A stretch of 64,000 nt of DNA, from positions 2,816,001 to 2,880,000 of the forward strand of contig CBDCTZ010000016.1 in NCBI GenBank assembly GCA_965222375.1. Reading direction: 5' to 3'. Source of the DNA: Polyangiaceae bacterium. Its GTDB lineage: Bacteria; Myxococcota_A; Polyangia; Polyangiales; Polyangiaceae. Position numbers and translations under genes: made by a program. A model generated the notes under the pieces. It did not search any database and had not been told where the DNA came from. It saw only the letters and a list, made by a program, of their open reading frames with translations. Shown here piece by piece: positions 10,640 through 21,151 of the stretch (positions are counted from its first letter, which is position 1; each line of letters opens with the position of its first letter).

Positions 10640-12022
10640 ATGCCGGAGCACGACTTGGTTGTCATTGGCGCTGGGCCTGGGGGCTATGTCGCGGCCATCC
10701 GAGCCGCCCAACTTGGCCTGAACGTCGCCTGTATTGAAAAGGAGCCGGCCTTGGGGGGCACGTGCCTACGAGTCGGCTGCATCCCGAGTAAGGCACTTCT
10801 CGAGGCCAGTGAGCGCTACGCCGAGGCGCGAGACCACCTGTCGGAGATGGGAATTGGCGTCGGGGACTTGCAGCTGGATCTGAGCAAGATGCTGGCGCGC
10901 AAAGACAGCATCGTGCGCGGCCTGACCCAGGGCGTTGCCGGCTTGTTCAAGAAGAACAAGGTCACCCGCTACCAAGGGCACGCACGATTCGTGGGGCCGA
11001 AGCGACTCTCCGTCGAGGGCGACCACAACGTCGATCTGGACGCAGAGCGCGTGTTGATCGCGACCGGCAGCAAAGTCGCCCCTCTGCGAGGAGTGCCTTT
11101 TTCCGGCGAAACCGTCGGCTCCAGTACAGAAGCGCTCGGGTATTCGCCGGTGCCTGAGCACCTGATCGTGATCGGTGCCGGCGTGATCGGGCTGGAATTG
11201 GGGAGTGTTTGGAATCGACTGGGCTCACGGGTCACGGTTCTCGAGTACTTGGACCGGATCCTGCCTGGAATGGATTCGGAACTCGCCAAGGAAGCGAAGC
11301 GCAGTTTCGAAAAGCAAGGCATGAGCTTTCGCTTGGGCACTCGGGTCACGGGCGCCCGAGTCGAAGGTGCGGGTGCCGTCGTCGAGATGGACGGCGCGGA
11401 GCCCATGGCGGCGGATCGGGTTCTGGTGGCTGTGGGGCGCCTGCCCAACACCGACGGCCTGGGCCTCGACGCCATCGGGGTTGCCGTGGACGAGCGAGGC
11501 CAGATCCCCGTGAACGGCCAGTTCGAGACCGCTCAATCGGGGGTCTACGCCATCGGGGATGTCATTGCAGGCCCGATGCTGGCCCACAAGGCCGAGGAAG
11601 AGGGCATCGCCTGCGTGGAGCACTTCGTCACCGGCTACGGTCACGTCAACTACGACGCAATTCCGTCCATCGTCTACACGCACCCAGAAATTGCCAGTGT
11701 CGGCAAGACCCAGGAAGAGCTCACGGAAGCGGGGCGCGAGTTCAACAAGGGCGTGTTTCCCTTCATGGCCAATGGTCGCGCGCGCGCCCTCGGTAGCATC
11801 GAGGGGCGCGTCAAGATTTTGGCGGATGCAAAAACCGACCGAATTCTCGGAGTGCACATCATTGGCCCACGCGCCGGGGATCTGATAGCCGAAGCTGCGG
11901 TCGCAATTGAATTCGGCGCGAGCGCAGAAGATCTAGCGCGCGCGTGTCATGCTCATCCGACTCTAGCCGAAGTCGTAAAAGAAGCCGCACTTGGTGCATT
12001 GGGCCGTAGCATTCATATCTGA
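10640..12022 (+). CDS. lpdA: Dihydrolipoyl dehydrogenase (E3)
   Basis: GAGPGGY, GGTCLRVGCIPSK redox disulfide, HAHPTLAE. Confidence 0.97.
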   Translation: MPEHDLVVIGAGPGGYVAAIRAAQLGLNVACIEKEPALGGTCLRVGCIPSKALLEASERYAEARDHLSEMGIGVGDLQLDLSKMLARKDSIVRGLTQGVAGLFKKNKVTRYQGHARFVGPKRLSVEGDHNVDLDAERVLIATGSKVAPLRGVPFSGETVGSSTEALGYSPVPEHLIVIGAGVIGLELGSVWNRLGSRVTVLEYLDRILPGMDSELAKEAKRSFEKQGMSFRLGTRVTGARVEGAGAVVEMDGAEPMAADRVLVAVGRLPNTDGLGLDAIGVAVDERGQIPVNGQFETAQSGVYAIGDVIAGPMLAHKAEEEGIACVEHFVTGYGHVNYDAIPSIVYTHPEIASVGKTQEELTEAGREFNKGVFPFMANGRARALGSIEGRVKILADAKTDRILGVHIIGPRAGDLIAEAAVAIEFGASAEDLARACHAHPTLAEVVKEAALGALGRSIHI

Positions 12023-12383
12023 GCGGAATCCATCAACGAACGCGCAGGAATTTGCGCGAGGGGCGAATGTTCTACGCGCATGACGCATCAGACTTTCCGG
12101 CCCGCGGACCAGACGATGTGTACGCGAAATCCCCAGCGTTTTTGTGAGCAGCCGCTGCATGAATCGCGCATGGACGCGAAGCGTCAACGTGACACGACGC
12201 GTCGCAATTTTTCCTTTTCTCGCGCCTTGACACTAGGCTGCGCCGGTCGCACCCTTGGTGACGCTTCGGGGGGAAATACACGTCGGGGGATCGAACTCCG
12301 GCCTTGACTCAAAAAGTCGAGCGAACGGGAATGGTGTGGTGCTCCTGAGAGTTGATGCCAACACACAAAGCAAAGAGAAAAAG

Positions 12384-12881
12384 TTGGGTACGAAAGAAGT
12401 AGCACTGGTGATCATGGAGCGAGGCGCCCGCTGGCCGGCGGATGTCGCGGAGCTCCAAGCTCGGATCTCGCGCGCCGTCGTGGATGCGCAGCAGCCCGAT
12501 GAGTCGCCGAAAGTTTTTGCGTCGCGCATCGTCAAGCGAATTCAAAAGATCGTTGACGGTGGTGAGCTGCCTGTTCGCGTAGTCCTGTCGACGACTGAAA
12601 CCCATTGCCCTGATTGCGCTGCTGCGCGTTACAAGATCGCCCGAGCTGCCTTGGCGGCCATGGCAACTCATAGCAAGGGACAGTTGGTACTGTTTTCGGA
12701 TCATTCGGTTTCGGACGACATCAAGCACGAGCTCTTCGCGTTTGCGGGCGCTCTGTGTGAGGGCCTGTCCGGGAGCGACGTCGGGGTGAACGTTCGTTTT
12801 TCCGCCCCCACGGCCAAGAGTGGCACCCACTCGGTGCGTCCAGAGGCACTGAGCGAGCCGCCCTCGGCCGAGCTCGCCTGA
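12384..12881 (+). CDS. Hypothetical protein
   Basis: Plausible globular ORF; probable TTG start at 12384 (ORF open from 12255); TTGACA upstream near 12227. Confidence 0.6.
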   Translation: MGTKEVALVIMERGARWPADVAELQARISRAVVDAQQPDESPKVFASRIVKRIQKIVDGGELPVRVVLSTTETHCPDCAAARYKIARAALAAMATHSKGQLVLFSDHSVSDDIKHELFAFAGALCEGLSGSDVGVNVRFSAPTAKSGTHSVRPEALSEPPSAELA

Positions 12882-13218
12882 GGTCGAGCCCTCTGGCGCC
12901 TCATGTGCGGGCGCGTCTGTATGGTCATGGTCCCACTGCTGCGACCGCCAGACGCTCAGCCTATAAGTGCGTGGACGCCCGCTTGGAGCCCGAGAATGCT
13001 TTGCACCCTTGGAGGAGCGCGTTCATCCAAAGTCGCCCTCGGTGGCCGGCCGTTCCGCTGGTGCCCACTGGAGCCAGCGTCGCCTGAACGTCCCGGAGCG
13101 CTGCTGCCACCTTGACACGCCGCGTCATGGTGCTTAACCAGTGTCCACCCGCGGGCTGCGCGCCCGCGTTTCCAAGTTGCGCGCCCCTAGAGCGGCGCGC
13201 CGAAGGGAGCCGAGTTTC

Positions 13219-14511
13219 ATGGGTAAGAAGAATGGTCGCCGCGTTGCGGTGGTGGCAGGGCTCAGGACGCCCTTCGCCAAGTCCGGCACTGCGTACAAGA
13301 AGCTTTCTGCGTTGGATCTCGGCAAGTACGTCGTCGCCGAGTTGCTCGAGCGCAGCGACGTCAAACCCGAGGAAGTGCAGCAGGTCGTCTACGGCCAAGT
13401 CGTACCTTCTTTGACCGCGCCTAACATCGCCCGGGAGATCGTGCTCTCGACCGGCATGCCCCGTGAGATCGAGGCCTACAGCGTGTCTCGTGCCTGCGCG
13501 ACCAGCTACCAATCGACGGTCAACGTGGCGGAAGCCATCATGGCGGGCGCGATTGACTGCGGTATCGCGGGCGGCGCGGACAGCGCCAGCGACGTTCCCA
13601 TCGCCGTGAGCAAGAAGCTGGCTGAAGCCCTGATTGCCGCAAGCCGAGCGCGAAGCCTGGGCCAGCGCCTCAAGGCGTTCAGCAAGTTGAGTCCCAAGGA
13701 CCTCGTGCCAGTGCCGCCAGCGCTCAAAGAGCCCAGCACGGGGCTGACCATGGGCGAGAGCGCCGAAAAGATGGCGAAGGAAAACGGTATCTCCCGCAAA
13801 GCCCAAGACGAGTTGGCGCACCGCAGTCATTCCTTGGCCGCGGCGGCATGGGCGGATGGTCGCTTCGAGCAAGAGGTGATGCACGTCTTCGTTCCCCCCG
13901 CCTTCGAGGCCTTCGCTGAAGACAACCTGGTTCGAAAAGACAGCGAAGTGGAGAGCTACGAAAAGTTGCGACCGGCATTCGATCGCAAGCACGGCACCAT
14001 TACTGCCGGAAACAGTTCGCCGCTCACGGATGGTGCCAGCGCCGTGCTCTTGATGAGCGAGGAGAAGGCCAAGGCGGATGGCTTCGACGTGCTCGGTTTC
14101 ATCCGCTCCTACGCCTTCGCCGCGCTCGATCCGGCGGGCCAAATGTTGATGGGCCCGAGTCACGCCACGCCGGTGGCCCTCGATCGCGCCGGAGTGAAGC
14201 TCAAAGACGTTGGGCTCGTGGACATGCACGAGGCCTTCGCGGCGCAAGTCTTGAGCAATACCCAGGCGTTCGAGAGTGAGTCCTGGTCCAAGGAGAACTT
14301 GGGTCGCTCCAAGCGCATCGGGGAGATCAACTGGGACAAGTTCAACGTGACCGGTGGGAGCATTGCCATCGGCCATCCCTTTGCTGCGACTGGCGCGCGG
14401 CAGATCACGCAAACTCTCAATGAGCTACGGCGCCGCGGTGACGAGCTCGCGCTGTGCACCGCCTGTGCGGCGGGCGGCTTGGGTGCGGCAATGGTTTTGG
14501 AGGCAGAGTGA
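13219..14511 (+). CDS. fadI: Acetyl-CoA C-acyltransferase (thiolase), FadI type
   Basis: [44 protein letters not shown] overlap with fadJ. Confidence 0.93.
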   Translation: MGKKNGRRVAVVAGLRTPFAKSGTAYKKLSALDLGKYVVAELLERSDVKPEEVQQVVYGQVVPSLTAPNIAREIVLSTGMPREIEAYSVSRACATSYQSTVNVAEAIMAGAIDCGIAGGADSASDVPIAVSKKLAEALIAASRARSLGQRLKAFSKLSPKDLVPVPPALKEPSTGLTMGESAEKMAKENGISRKAQDELAHRSHSLAAAAWADGRFEQEVMHVFVPPAFEAFAEDNLVRKDSEVESYEKLRPAFDRKHGTITAGNSSPLTDGASAVLLMSEEKAKADGFDVLGFIRSYAFAALDPAGQMLMGPSHATPVALDRAGVKLKDVGLVDMHEAFAAQVLSNTQAFESESWSKENLGRSKRIGEINWDKFNVTGGSIAIGHPFAATGARQITQTLNELRRRGDELALCTACAAGGLGAAMVLEAE

Positions 14512-16763
14512 TGGGCACGAAGAAGAGCGGCAACGGAAACGGCAAACACACATCCGCGCTCAGCGTGGAAAGGCGCCCGGATGGCGTGGCCGTGGTGCGC
14601 ATGGACGTGCCTGGCGAGACCATGAACACCTTGCAGCAGAGCTTCGGTGAGGAGTTCGGTCGCGTTTTCGAGGAGCTGGATCAGTCCAGTGATGTGCGGG
14701 CGATCGTGTTCACCAGTGGCAAGCCCGACTCGTTCATTGCGGGTGCTGATGTAAAGATGTTGGGCGGCGTACGCACTGCCCACGACGCCCGGGAACTCTC
14801 CCGCGCCGGCCAGCGCGGCATGGACCGGCTGGAGGCGTTTCGTCTGCCCGTGGTCGCAGCCATTCACGGGGCTTGCCTGGGTGGCGGGCTCGAAGTTGCG
14901 TTGGCCTGTCATGCCCGCGTCGCCAGCACCAGCAAGAAGACCAAGCTCGGCCTGCCCGAAGTGCAGCTAGGGCTCTTGCCCGGTGCGGGCGGCACTCAGC
15001 GCCTGCCCCGCTTGGTCGGCATCCAGGCAGCCCTCGACCTGATACTCACCGGCAAGCAAATCGACTCGAAGCGTGCCAGGAAAATGGGTCTGGTCGACGA
15101 AGTCGTTCCGGAATCGATCCTGCTCGAGGTCGCGTGCCAACGCGCCCTCGCCTTGGCCGAGGCGAAGGGCGGCGACAAGGCGCGGGGCGGTTTCGATACC
15201 TCCAAGCTCGCGGACAAGCTGCTTGCTGAGACTTCCCTCGGTCGCAAGTTCCTCTTCGACCAAGCCAAGAAGAAGCTCTTGGAAAAGACTCGGGGCAACT
15301 ACCCGGCGCCGGAGCGCATTCTCGAAGTCATCAAGGCGGGGTTGGAAAAGGGAATGGCTCGCGGCCTCGAGGCTGAAGCCGAAGCGTTCGGGGAACTCGT
15401 CGTCAGCCCCGAAGCGGCACAGCTGATGAACATATTCTTCGCCACCACCGAACTGAAGAAGGATTCCGGCGTCGACAACCCCAAGGTGAAACCACGTCCG
15501 GTGGAAAAAGTCGGCATGCTTGGCGCGGGTCTGATGGGCGCGGGCATTGCGTACATCACGAGTGCGATTGCCAAGACACCAGTGCGCTTGAAGGATCGCG
15601 ACGACAAGGGTCTCGCCGCCGGTGTGAAGTACGTCAGTGACATCGTGGAAACGCGCTACAAGCGCAGGCGGATCAGCGCCAATGACCGGGACGTCATCAT
15701 GGCTCGGGTCACGCCGACCACGGACTACAGCGGCTTCAAAGATGCAGAGATCGTGATCGAAGCCGTGTTCGAAGATCTCGACCTGAAGTGCAAGATGATC
15801 GCGGACATCGAGGCCCAGGGGCACCCCGAAGCTATTTTTGCCTCGAACACCTCGAGCATCCCGATCACACAGATCGCCGAAGGAGCCGCTCACCCGGAAC
15901 GCGTGATCGGCATGCACTACTTCTCACCGGTTCACAAAATGCCGTTGCTCGAAATCATCGTGACGGACAAGACCGCGGACTGGGTGACGGCGACTTGTGT
16001 GGAGTTAGGCAAGAAGCAGGGCAAGACTGTGATCGTCGTCAATGACGGCGTTGGGTTCTATACGTCGCGCATCCTGGCTCCGTACATGAACGAGGCAGCG
16101 TACTTGCTTGCCGACGGAGTGCCTGTGGAGCGGCTCGACGGCGCGCTCATGGATTGGGGGTTCCCGGTTGGGCCCATCACGCTGTTGGATGAAGTGGGCA
16201 TCGACGTTGGCGAGAAGGTCGGCAAGATCATGTTGGATGCCTTCGGGGATCGCATGATTCCGCCGCAAGGAATGGAGAAGCTGGTCGCCGACAAGCGTTT
16301 CGGTCGCAAGAACGGACGCGGCTTCTATCGCTACGACACCAAGAAGAAGGGTAAGAAGCAGGTCGATACCAGCGTCTACGACGTGCTTGGCGTCGATCCG
16401 AAGACGGACTTTCCGTCCCATGAAGTGGCGGAACGCTGCGCCCTGCAAATGGTGAACGAGGCGGCGCTGTGTTTCGGCGAAGGCATTTTGCGAAGCGCCC
16501 GAGACGGCGACATCGGTGCAATCTTCGGATTAGGGTTCGCCCCGTTCCGTGGCGGCCCATTCCGCTACGTGGACACGGTGGGTGTGCTCGAAGTGGTGCG
16601 ACGTTTGGAGAAGTACGAAAAGAAGTTCGGCCGGCGTTTCGCCCCGGCGCCCATCTTGGTTGAAATGGCCCAGAGCGGCCTCACCTTCCACGGCGAGCGC
16701 CGGGTCAAACCTGGCGTTGTCGGCCAAAACACCGTGGCCGGTGCCGCACGCATGCGCGTCTAG
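14511..16763 (+). CDS. fadJ: Fatty acid oxidation complex alpha subunit
   Basis: Crotonase domain (FIAGAD, CLGGGLE, GLPEVQLGLLPG) plus 3-hydroxyacyl-CoA dehydrogenase (GAGLMGAG, ASNTS, GMHYFSP). Confidence 0.94.
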   Translation: MGTKKSGNGNGKHTSALSVERRPDGVAVVRMDVPGETMNTLQQSFGEEFGRVFEELDQSSDVRAIVFTSGKPDSFIAGADVKMLGGVRTAHDARELSRAGQRGMDRLEAFRLPVVAAIHGACLGGGLEVALACHARVASTSKKTKLGLPEVQLGLLPGAGGTQRLPRLVGIQAALDLILTGKQIDSKRARKMGLVDEVVPESILLEVACQRALALAEAKGGDKARGGFDTSKLADKLLAETSLGRKFLFDQAKKKLLEKTRGNYPAPERILEVIKAGLEKGMARGLEAEAEAFGELVVSPEAAQLMNIFFATTELKKDSGVDNPKVKPRPVEKVGMLGAGLMGAGIAYITSAIAKTPVRLKDRDDKGLAAGVKYVSDIVETRYKRRRISANDRDVIMARVTPTTDYSGFKDAEIVIEAVFEDLDLKCKMIADIEAQGHPEAIFASNTSSIPITQIAEGAAHPERVIGMHYFSPVHKMPLLEIIVTDKTADWVTATCVELGKKQGKTVIVVNDGVGFYTSRILAPYMNEAAYLLADGVPVERLDGALMDWGFPVGPITLLDEVGIDVGEKVGKIMLDAFGDRMIPPQGMEKLVADKRFGRKNGRGFYRYDTKKKGKKQVDTSVYDVLGVDPKTDFPSHEVAERCALQMVNEAALCFGEGILRSARDGDIGAIFGLGFAPFRGGPFRYVDTVGVLEVVRRLEKYEKKFGRRFAPAPILVEMAQSGLTFHGERRVKPGVVGQNTVAGAARMRV

Positions 16764-18447
16764 AGACCCGATCAAATTCTAGCGGCGGCGTCGAAATACA
16801 AAGCAAGTTCGATCGCTTAGAAGCCAGGATCGACGCGCCGGGCGTGTAGTGATCAAACGGGGTCAGGAGGACCCCATGGAGATCTGGAAGGCGCCGGTCG
16901 AGCTGTCGCGTGGTGAGAAGTTCATCGCAAAGCGATGTGCGAAACGCAGAGTATTCGTATTCCTGCGCGAGCTGCGACATAGGATTTTTGACGAAGAGAT
17001 GCAGGCGAAGCTGACGGAGGCATATTCGCCCGTGGAGCGGGGGCGTGGTCGCGTCCCGCCTGCTCAACTCGGCCTTGCGATGTTGCTGCAGGCCGCGCTG
17101 CGTGTGCCCGACCACGAGGTGGTTGAGCTTACGTTGATGGATCGCCGCTGGCAAATGGTGCTCAACTGTGCGGGAATCGAAGTGCCGCTCTTCTCGCAAG
17201 GCACGTTTTACAACTTTCGCCAGCGCGTCATTGCGCATGGGCTCGACGAGCTGCTCTTCAACAAGACGGTCGAACTCGCACGCGAGACGGGCGGATTCAG
17301 TGCAACGCACCTGCGTGCTGCATTCGACGCCAGCCCACTATGGGGCGCGGGTCGCGTCGAGGACACCTTCAATCTCATCGGGCGCGCCTCGCTACACGTC
17401 GTTCGCACGGCAGCGCGGCGGCTCGGTCAACCCGTCGACAAGGTCGCGGCTGCTGCGGGGATCCCAGTACTCAACGCCACCAGCATCAAGACAGGGCTCG
17501 ACATCGACTGGGACGACCCTGGGGCGCGCACCAAGGCGCTCGGTCGACTGCTCAAGCAGGTACAGTCACTCGGCCGCTTTCTCGAAAAAGAGCTGACGAA
17601 ACCGCTGAAAGAAGCGCCGCTGGCCGGGCAGTGGGCACTGGTGGAAAAGCTCGTCTCGCAGGACACCGAGCCCGATCCAGACGGGGACGGAGGGAGCCGG
17701 ATCACACGCGGCGTGGCGAAGGACCGACGCATTAGCGTGAGTGACCCCGACATGCGTCATGGCCGCAAGAGCAAGAAGAAACGCATCGACGGCTACAAGC
17801 GACACATCGCGATACAGCTCGATACGCCCGGCATCATCTGCGCCGTCGCGATCACCCCCGCGAATCGTCCTGAACGTGTCGCTTCGGCAGAATTACTCGA
17901 ACAGTGCGGCTCCGTTTCAGAACTCTACATCGATCGAGGCTACCTTGGCGACGATGCGATCGAATCCCGTCGCGCCGAAGGAACAGAGGTTTTCTGCAAA
18001 CCGTTTCCGTTGCGCAACGGCGGGCGCTTCACCAAGGCCGATTTCAAGCTCGATCTGGCTGCGGGAATCGCCCGTTGTCCCGAAGGCGTTGCGGTTAAAG
18101 CGAGCGCTGGCTCCGTCGCTCGCTTCCCAGCTGCCCGCTGCGATGTATGTCGCAGCCGCGACGACTGCACGCGCGCCGCCCCGGGGCGTGGCCGCAGCGT
18201 CACGCTACACCCCCATGAGCCCTTCCACATCCAGCTGCGCGAAAACGCCCGCACGCGCGAAGGCCGCGCCCGCCTTCGCAAGCGTACTGCCGTCGAACAC
18301 AGCCTCGCGACCCTGCATAACCGCCAAGGCGACCGTGCTCGCTACCGTGGTCAGCGCAACAACCTCTTCGACCTCCGCCGGCACGCTGCTCTCAGCAACC
18401 TGAGCGTTATCGATCAGTTGCGAGTTGCCGCTTAAGTGGTCAGGCCC
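16764..18447 (+). mobile_element. IS1182-family insertion sequence with CTAG target duplication
   Basis: CTAG at 16760-16763 and 18448-18451 flank imperfect terminal IRs (AGACCCGATCA versus reverse complement GGGCCTGACCA) around one transposase. Confidence 0.82.
16876..18435 (+). CDS. IS1182-family transposase
   Basis: DUF772-like N-terminus (GRGRVPPAQLGLAMLLQ), FDASP, SVSDPDMRHGRK, GYKRH, IDRGY, Cys cluster, RTAVEH; GGAGG RBS. Confidence 0.9.
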   Translation: MEIWKAPVELSRGEKFIAKRCAKRRVFVFLRELRHRIFDEEMQAKLTEAYSPVERGRGRVPPAQLGLAMLLQAALRVPDHEVVELTLMDRRWQMVLNCAGIEVPLFSQGTFYNFRQRVIAHGLDELLFNKTVELARETGGFSATHLRAAFDASPLWGAGRVEDTFNLIGRASLHVVRTAARRLGQPVDKVAAAAGIPVLNATSIKTGLDIDWDDPGARTKALGRLLKQVQSLGRFLEKELTKPLKEAPLAGQWALVEKLVSQDTEPDPDGDGGSRITRGVAKDRRISVSDPDMRHGRKSKKKRIDGYKRHIAIQLDTPGIICAVAITPANRPERVASAELLEQCGSVSELYIDRGYLGDDAIESRRAEGTEVFCKPFPLRNGGRFTKADFKLDLAAGIARCPEGVAVKASAGSVARFPAARCDVCRSRDDCTRAAPGRGRSVTLHPHEPFHIQLRENARTREGRARLRKRTAVEHSLATLHNRQGDRARYRGQRNNLFDLRRHAALSNLSVIDQLRVAA

Positions 18448-18460
18448 CTAGGCACGCCCA

Positions 18461-19102
18461 CTACATCGAGCTCTTCGCGCCCGTGAGGCCGAAGGCCTCG
18501 AGTTCCATCTTGTGCTTCTCTCCGACGGTTTCTGACTTGACCAGCCCCGTGATCGGCACCCACGGGTGCACGAAGGTCCGGTTCTTCGCGGTGATTTGCG
18601 AAACCGATGTGGTTCGAACGTCCTCGTAGCAGCCCTTGAAGGTGCCTGCCGGCACGGTGACGTCCTTCTGCGGAAGCCCGGCCATCTTGGGCAGCAAGGT
18701 CCCGCTGATGGCTTTGCGGAAGCCGTCCTTGTGCTTCTCGAAATCCTTGCCACGGGATTCCTTGATTTCCCCATTGGGTGAACGTACCCGGCCTGCGAGC
18801 AGTTCCGCGTCTTGTGCGCTTCCTGTCTTCATCAACAGTTGGATCACCGTGCCCGTGCCGTCACCGCTCGCGACTTCGATCCAGAAGGCACCACTTTCCT
18901 TACCGATCACCTGGTAGCGGATGGTGGACTGACTGCCGTCTTCTCTAGTGACGCGGTGCTTCGTCCACTGGCCGACGGCCAACGGAATCAGGGCCTTGGC
19001 GTTGCTTGGAGCCGCGCTGGCAGCAGGGGAGGGCGCCTCTTCACTCTTCGAAGTAGGGCAACCCGCCAAGCAGAGAGACAGGAGGACTGCGCAGCGTTTC
19101 AC
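18461..19102 (-). CDS. Hypothetical lipoprotein
   Basis: Lipobox LAGC after GTG at 19102; VTVPAGTF motif typical of beta-rich exported proteins. Confidence 0.7.
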   Translation of the reverse strand: MKRCAVLLSLCLAGCPTSKSEEAPSPAASAAPSNAKALIPLAVGQWTKHRVTREDGSQSTIRYQVIGKESGAFWIEVASGDGTGTVIQLLMKTGSAQDAELLAGRVRSPNGEIKESRGKDFEKHKDGFRKAISGTLLPKMAGLPQKDVTVPAGTFKGCYEDVRTTSVSQITAKNRTFVHPWVPITGLVKSETVGEKHKMELEAFGLTGAKSSM

Positions 19103-19200
19103 CGGCGGCAGGCTAGCATGATCGCGACTAGTTGCGACTCGCGAGATTGCGGAGCAGGATCCTGTGGACTGGAGCATTTGTGACCTAGCGAGGTACAGCC

Positions 19201-20346
19201 GTGGATCGAATTATCTTCTCGGAGGAACATGACCTGTTCCGCAAATCATTCCGCCAGTTCGTTCAGCGTGAGGTCGTTCCCAATCAAGAGCGCTGGAACG
19301 AAAACGGCAGCGTGGACCGTGAGACCTGGTCCAAGGCGGGGCAAGGTGGCTTTCTCTGTCCCTGGCTCGAGGAGGAGCACGGTGGGCCCGGTGGCGACTT
19401 GTTGCATTCGGCCGTGGTTATCGAGGAGTTGGCGTATGCCTACGAGTCCGGCTTTGCCATGTCGCTGCACTCGGACATCGTGGTGCCCTACATCCACGAG
19501 TTCGGCAATGACGCCCAGCGCAAGCGTTGGCTGCCCGGCTGTGCTTCCGGCGAGATAGTGACGGCCATCGCCATGACGGAGCCAGGGACAGGCTCCGACC
19601 TGGCCGGTATCGCGACTACGGCGAAGCGAGACGGCGACCACTATGTGCTCAACGGCTCGAAGACCTTCATATCCAACGGCATCCTCTGCGACCTGGTGAT
19701 CATCGCTGCCAAGACCGACCCGGACCCCAAAAACGCCCACCGCGGTATCTCCCTGCTCGTCGTGGAGTCCGGCACGTCGGGATTCTCCAAGGGCAAGAAG
19801 CTCAAGAAGATGGGTATGCCATCCCAGGACACATCGGAGCTGCACTTCGAAGATTGCCGGGTGCCCGTCGCGAACCGGCTCAGCGAAGAAGGCGCCGGCT
19901 TCATGATGCTGATGCAGAAGCTGGCGCAAGAGCGTCTCGTTGTCGCGGCCGCATCCCAAGCCAGCGCTGAGCAGGTGCTGGAGGACACACTGACCTACGT
20001 CAAGGAGCGCAAGGCCTTCGGAAAGCCCATCGGCAGCTTTCAGAACACGAAGTTCAAGTTGGCGGAGTGCGCCGCGGACGTGGAGGTGGGGCGGGCGTTT
20101 TTGGATCGGCTGCTGTCCGAGCACATGCGTGACAGCAAGATGGTCAAGGAGTGCTCCATGGCCAAGCTCTGGCACACGGAGATGCTGTCGCGAGTCGTGG
20201 ACAGCTGTCTCCAGTTCTTCGGTGGTTATGGCTACATGCTCGAGTACCCCGTGACCCGGGCGTACATGGATGCCCGAGTCGCTCGTATCTACGCGGGAAC
20301 CAACGAGATCATGAAGATCATCATCGCCAAACAGCTGGGCCTGTAG
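19201..20346 (+). CDS. Acyl-CoA dehydrogenase
   Basis: AMTEPGTGSDL, LNGSKTFISNG, FFGGYGY, IYAGTNEIMK. Confidence 0.95.
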   Translation: MDRIIFSEEHDLFRKSFRQFVQREVVPNQERWNENGSVDRETWSKAGQGGFLCPWLEEEHGGPGGDLLHSAVVIEELAYAYESGFAMSLHSDIVVPYIHEFGNDAQRKRWLPGCASGEIVTAIAMTEPGTGSDLAGIATTAKRDGDHYVLNGSKTFISNGILCDLVIIAAKTDPDPKNAHRGISLLVVESGTSGFSKGKKLKKMGMPSQDTSELHFEDCRVPVANRLSEEGAGFMMLMQKLAQERLVVAAASQASAEQVLEDTLTYVKERKAFGKPIGSFQNTKFKLAECAADVEVGRAFLDRLLSEHMRDSKMVKECSMAKLWHTEMLSRVVDSCLQFFGGYGYMLEYPVTRAYMDARVARIYAGTNEIMKIIIAKQLGL

Positions 20347-20456
20347 GCTGCGCTGGTAGCCCGTTCAGGTGCCGCGGCCGGACCCAAGGCTAGCCCCTGC
20401 TGGCTTGTCTGATGGCCACTGATCGCGCAACTCATGCACGAAGGGGCTGGCTCTAC

Positions 20457-21128
20457 ATGGCGCACCGCAGTGACGACTCCATGCTGTTTTCCTTCAAGGG
20501 TCTCTTCGACCTAGAGGGGCAGCACGACCAGCTCGAAGAGGCTGCACGCATACGCCAAGCCGAGGTTGGTCGACTCGAACTCGAGCAGCGAAAGCGTTTG
20601 GCGGAGGAAGCCCGACTCGGCTGGCTGAAGGCCGAGGAAGAAACACGACGTCAATACGAGTTGCGCGCTCGGGAACAGGAGGTGCGGCTGAGCGCCCTGA
20701 AACTGGCCGCCGTCGAACGCGCGCGAATCCAGGCAGAGAGCGATGCTCGGTTGGCAGAACTCGAGCAGGAGCAGGCGCATCAAACCCGCGTCAAGACGTT
20801 GGTCGAGAGTAGCCGTTTGCGTAGTGCGCGGCGTTTTGCCGCGACTACCACCGCTCTGTGGTTGCTCACCCTGGCTGCTGTAGCCGCGCTGTACTTCGGC
20901 AAGTTGAGTCCGGAGAACGCTCGCCTCCAGAGCGCCTACGATCGACTCGTCAAGGCCGAGCGAGCCCGCAGCGCCGAAGCAACGCGATTGCTTTCCCAAG
21001 CGGAAGCTCGGCGCCTGGCCCTAGCCAAAGAAAACCGACGCCTGCGTGCCCAGCAATCTGCGCGCAGCGACGAGGCCAAGCCCGAAACCAGATCCGACCC
21101 TGAGAAATCAGTGGCTGAAACCAAGTAG
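20457..21128 (+). CDS. Coiled-coil membrane protein of unknown function
   Basis: E/R/A-rich coiled coil, one TM helix, N-terminal SMLFSF motif. Confidence 0.65.
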   Translation: MAHRSDDSMLFSFKGLFDLEGQHDQLEEAARIRQAEVGRLELEQRKRLAEEARLGWLKAEEETRRQYELRAREQEVRLSALKLAAVERARIQAESDARLAELEQEQAHQTRVKTLVESSRLRSARRFAATTTALWLLTLAAVAALYFGKLSPENARLQSAYDRLVKAERARSAEATRLLSQAEARRLALAKENRRLRAQQSARSDEAKPETRSDPEKSVAETK

Positions 21129-21151
21129 TCGCCGCTTCAGGCGCACTCAGT

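Noticed and set aside
12961..14412. 483-aa minus-strand ORF
   Set aside because: Antisense shadow of fadI.
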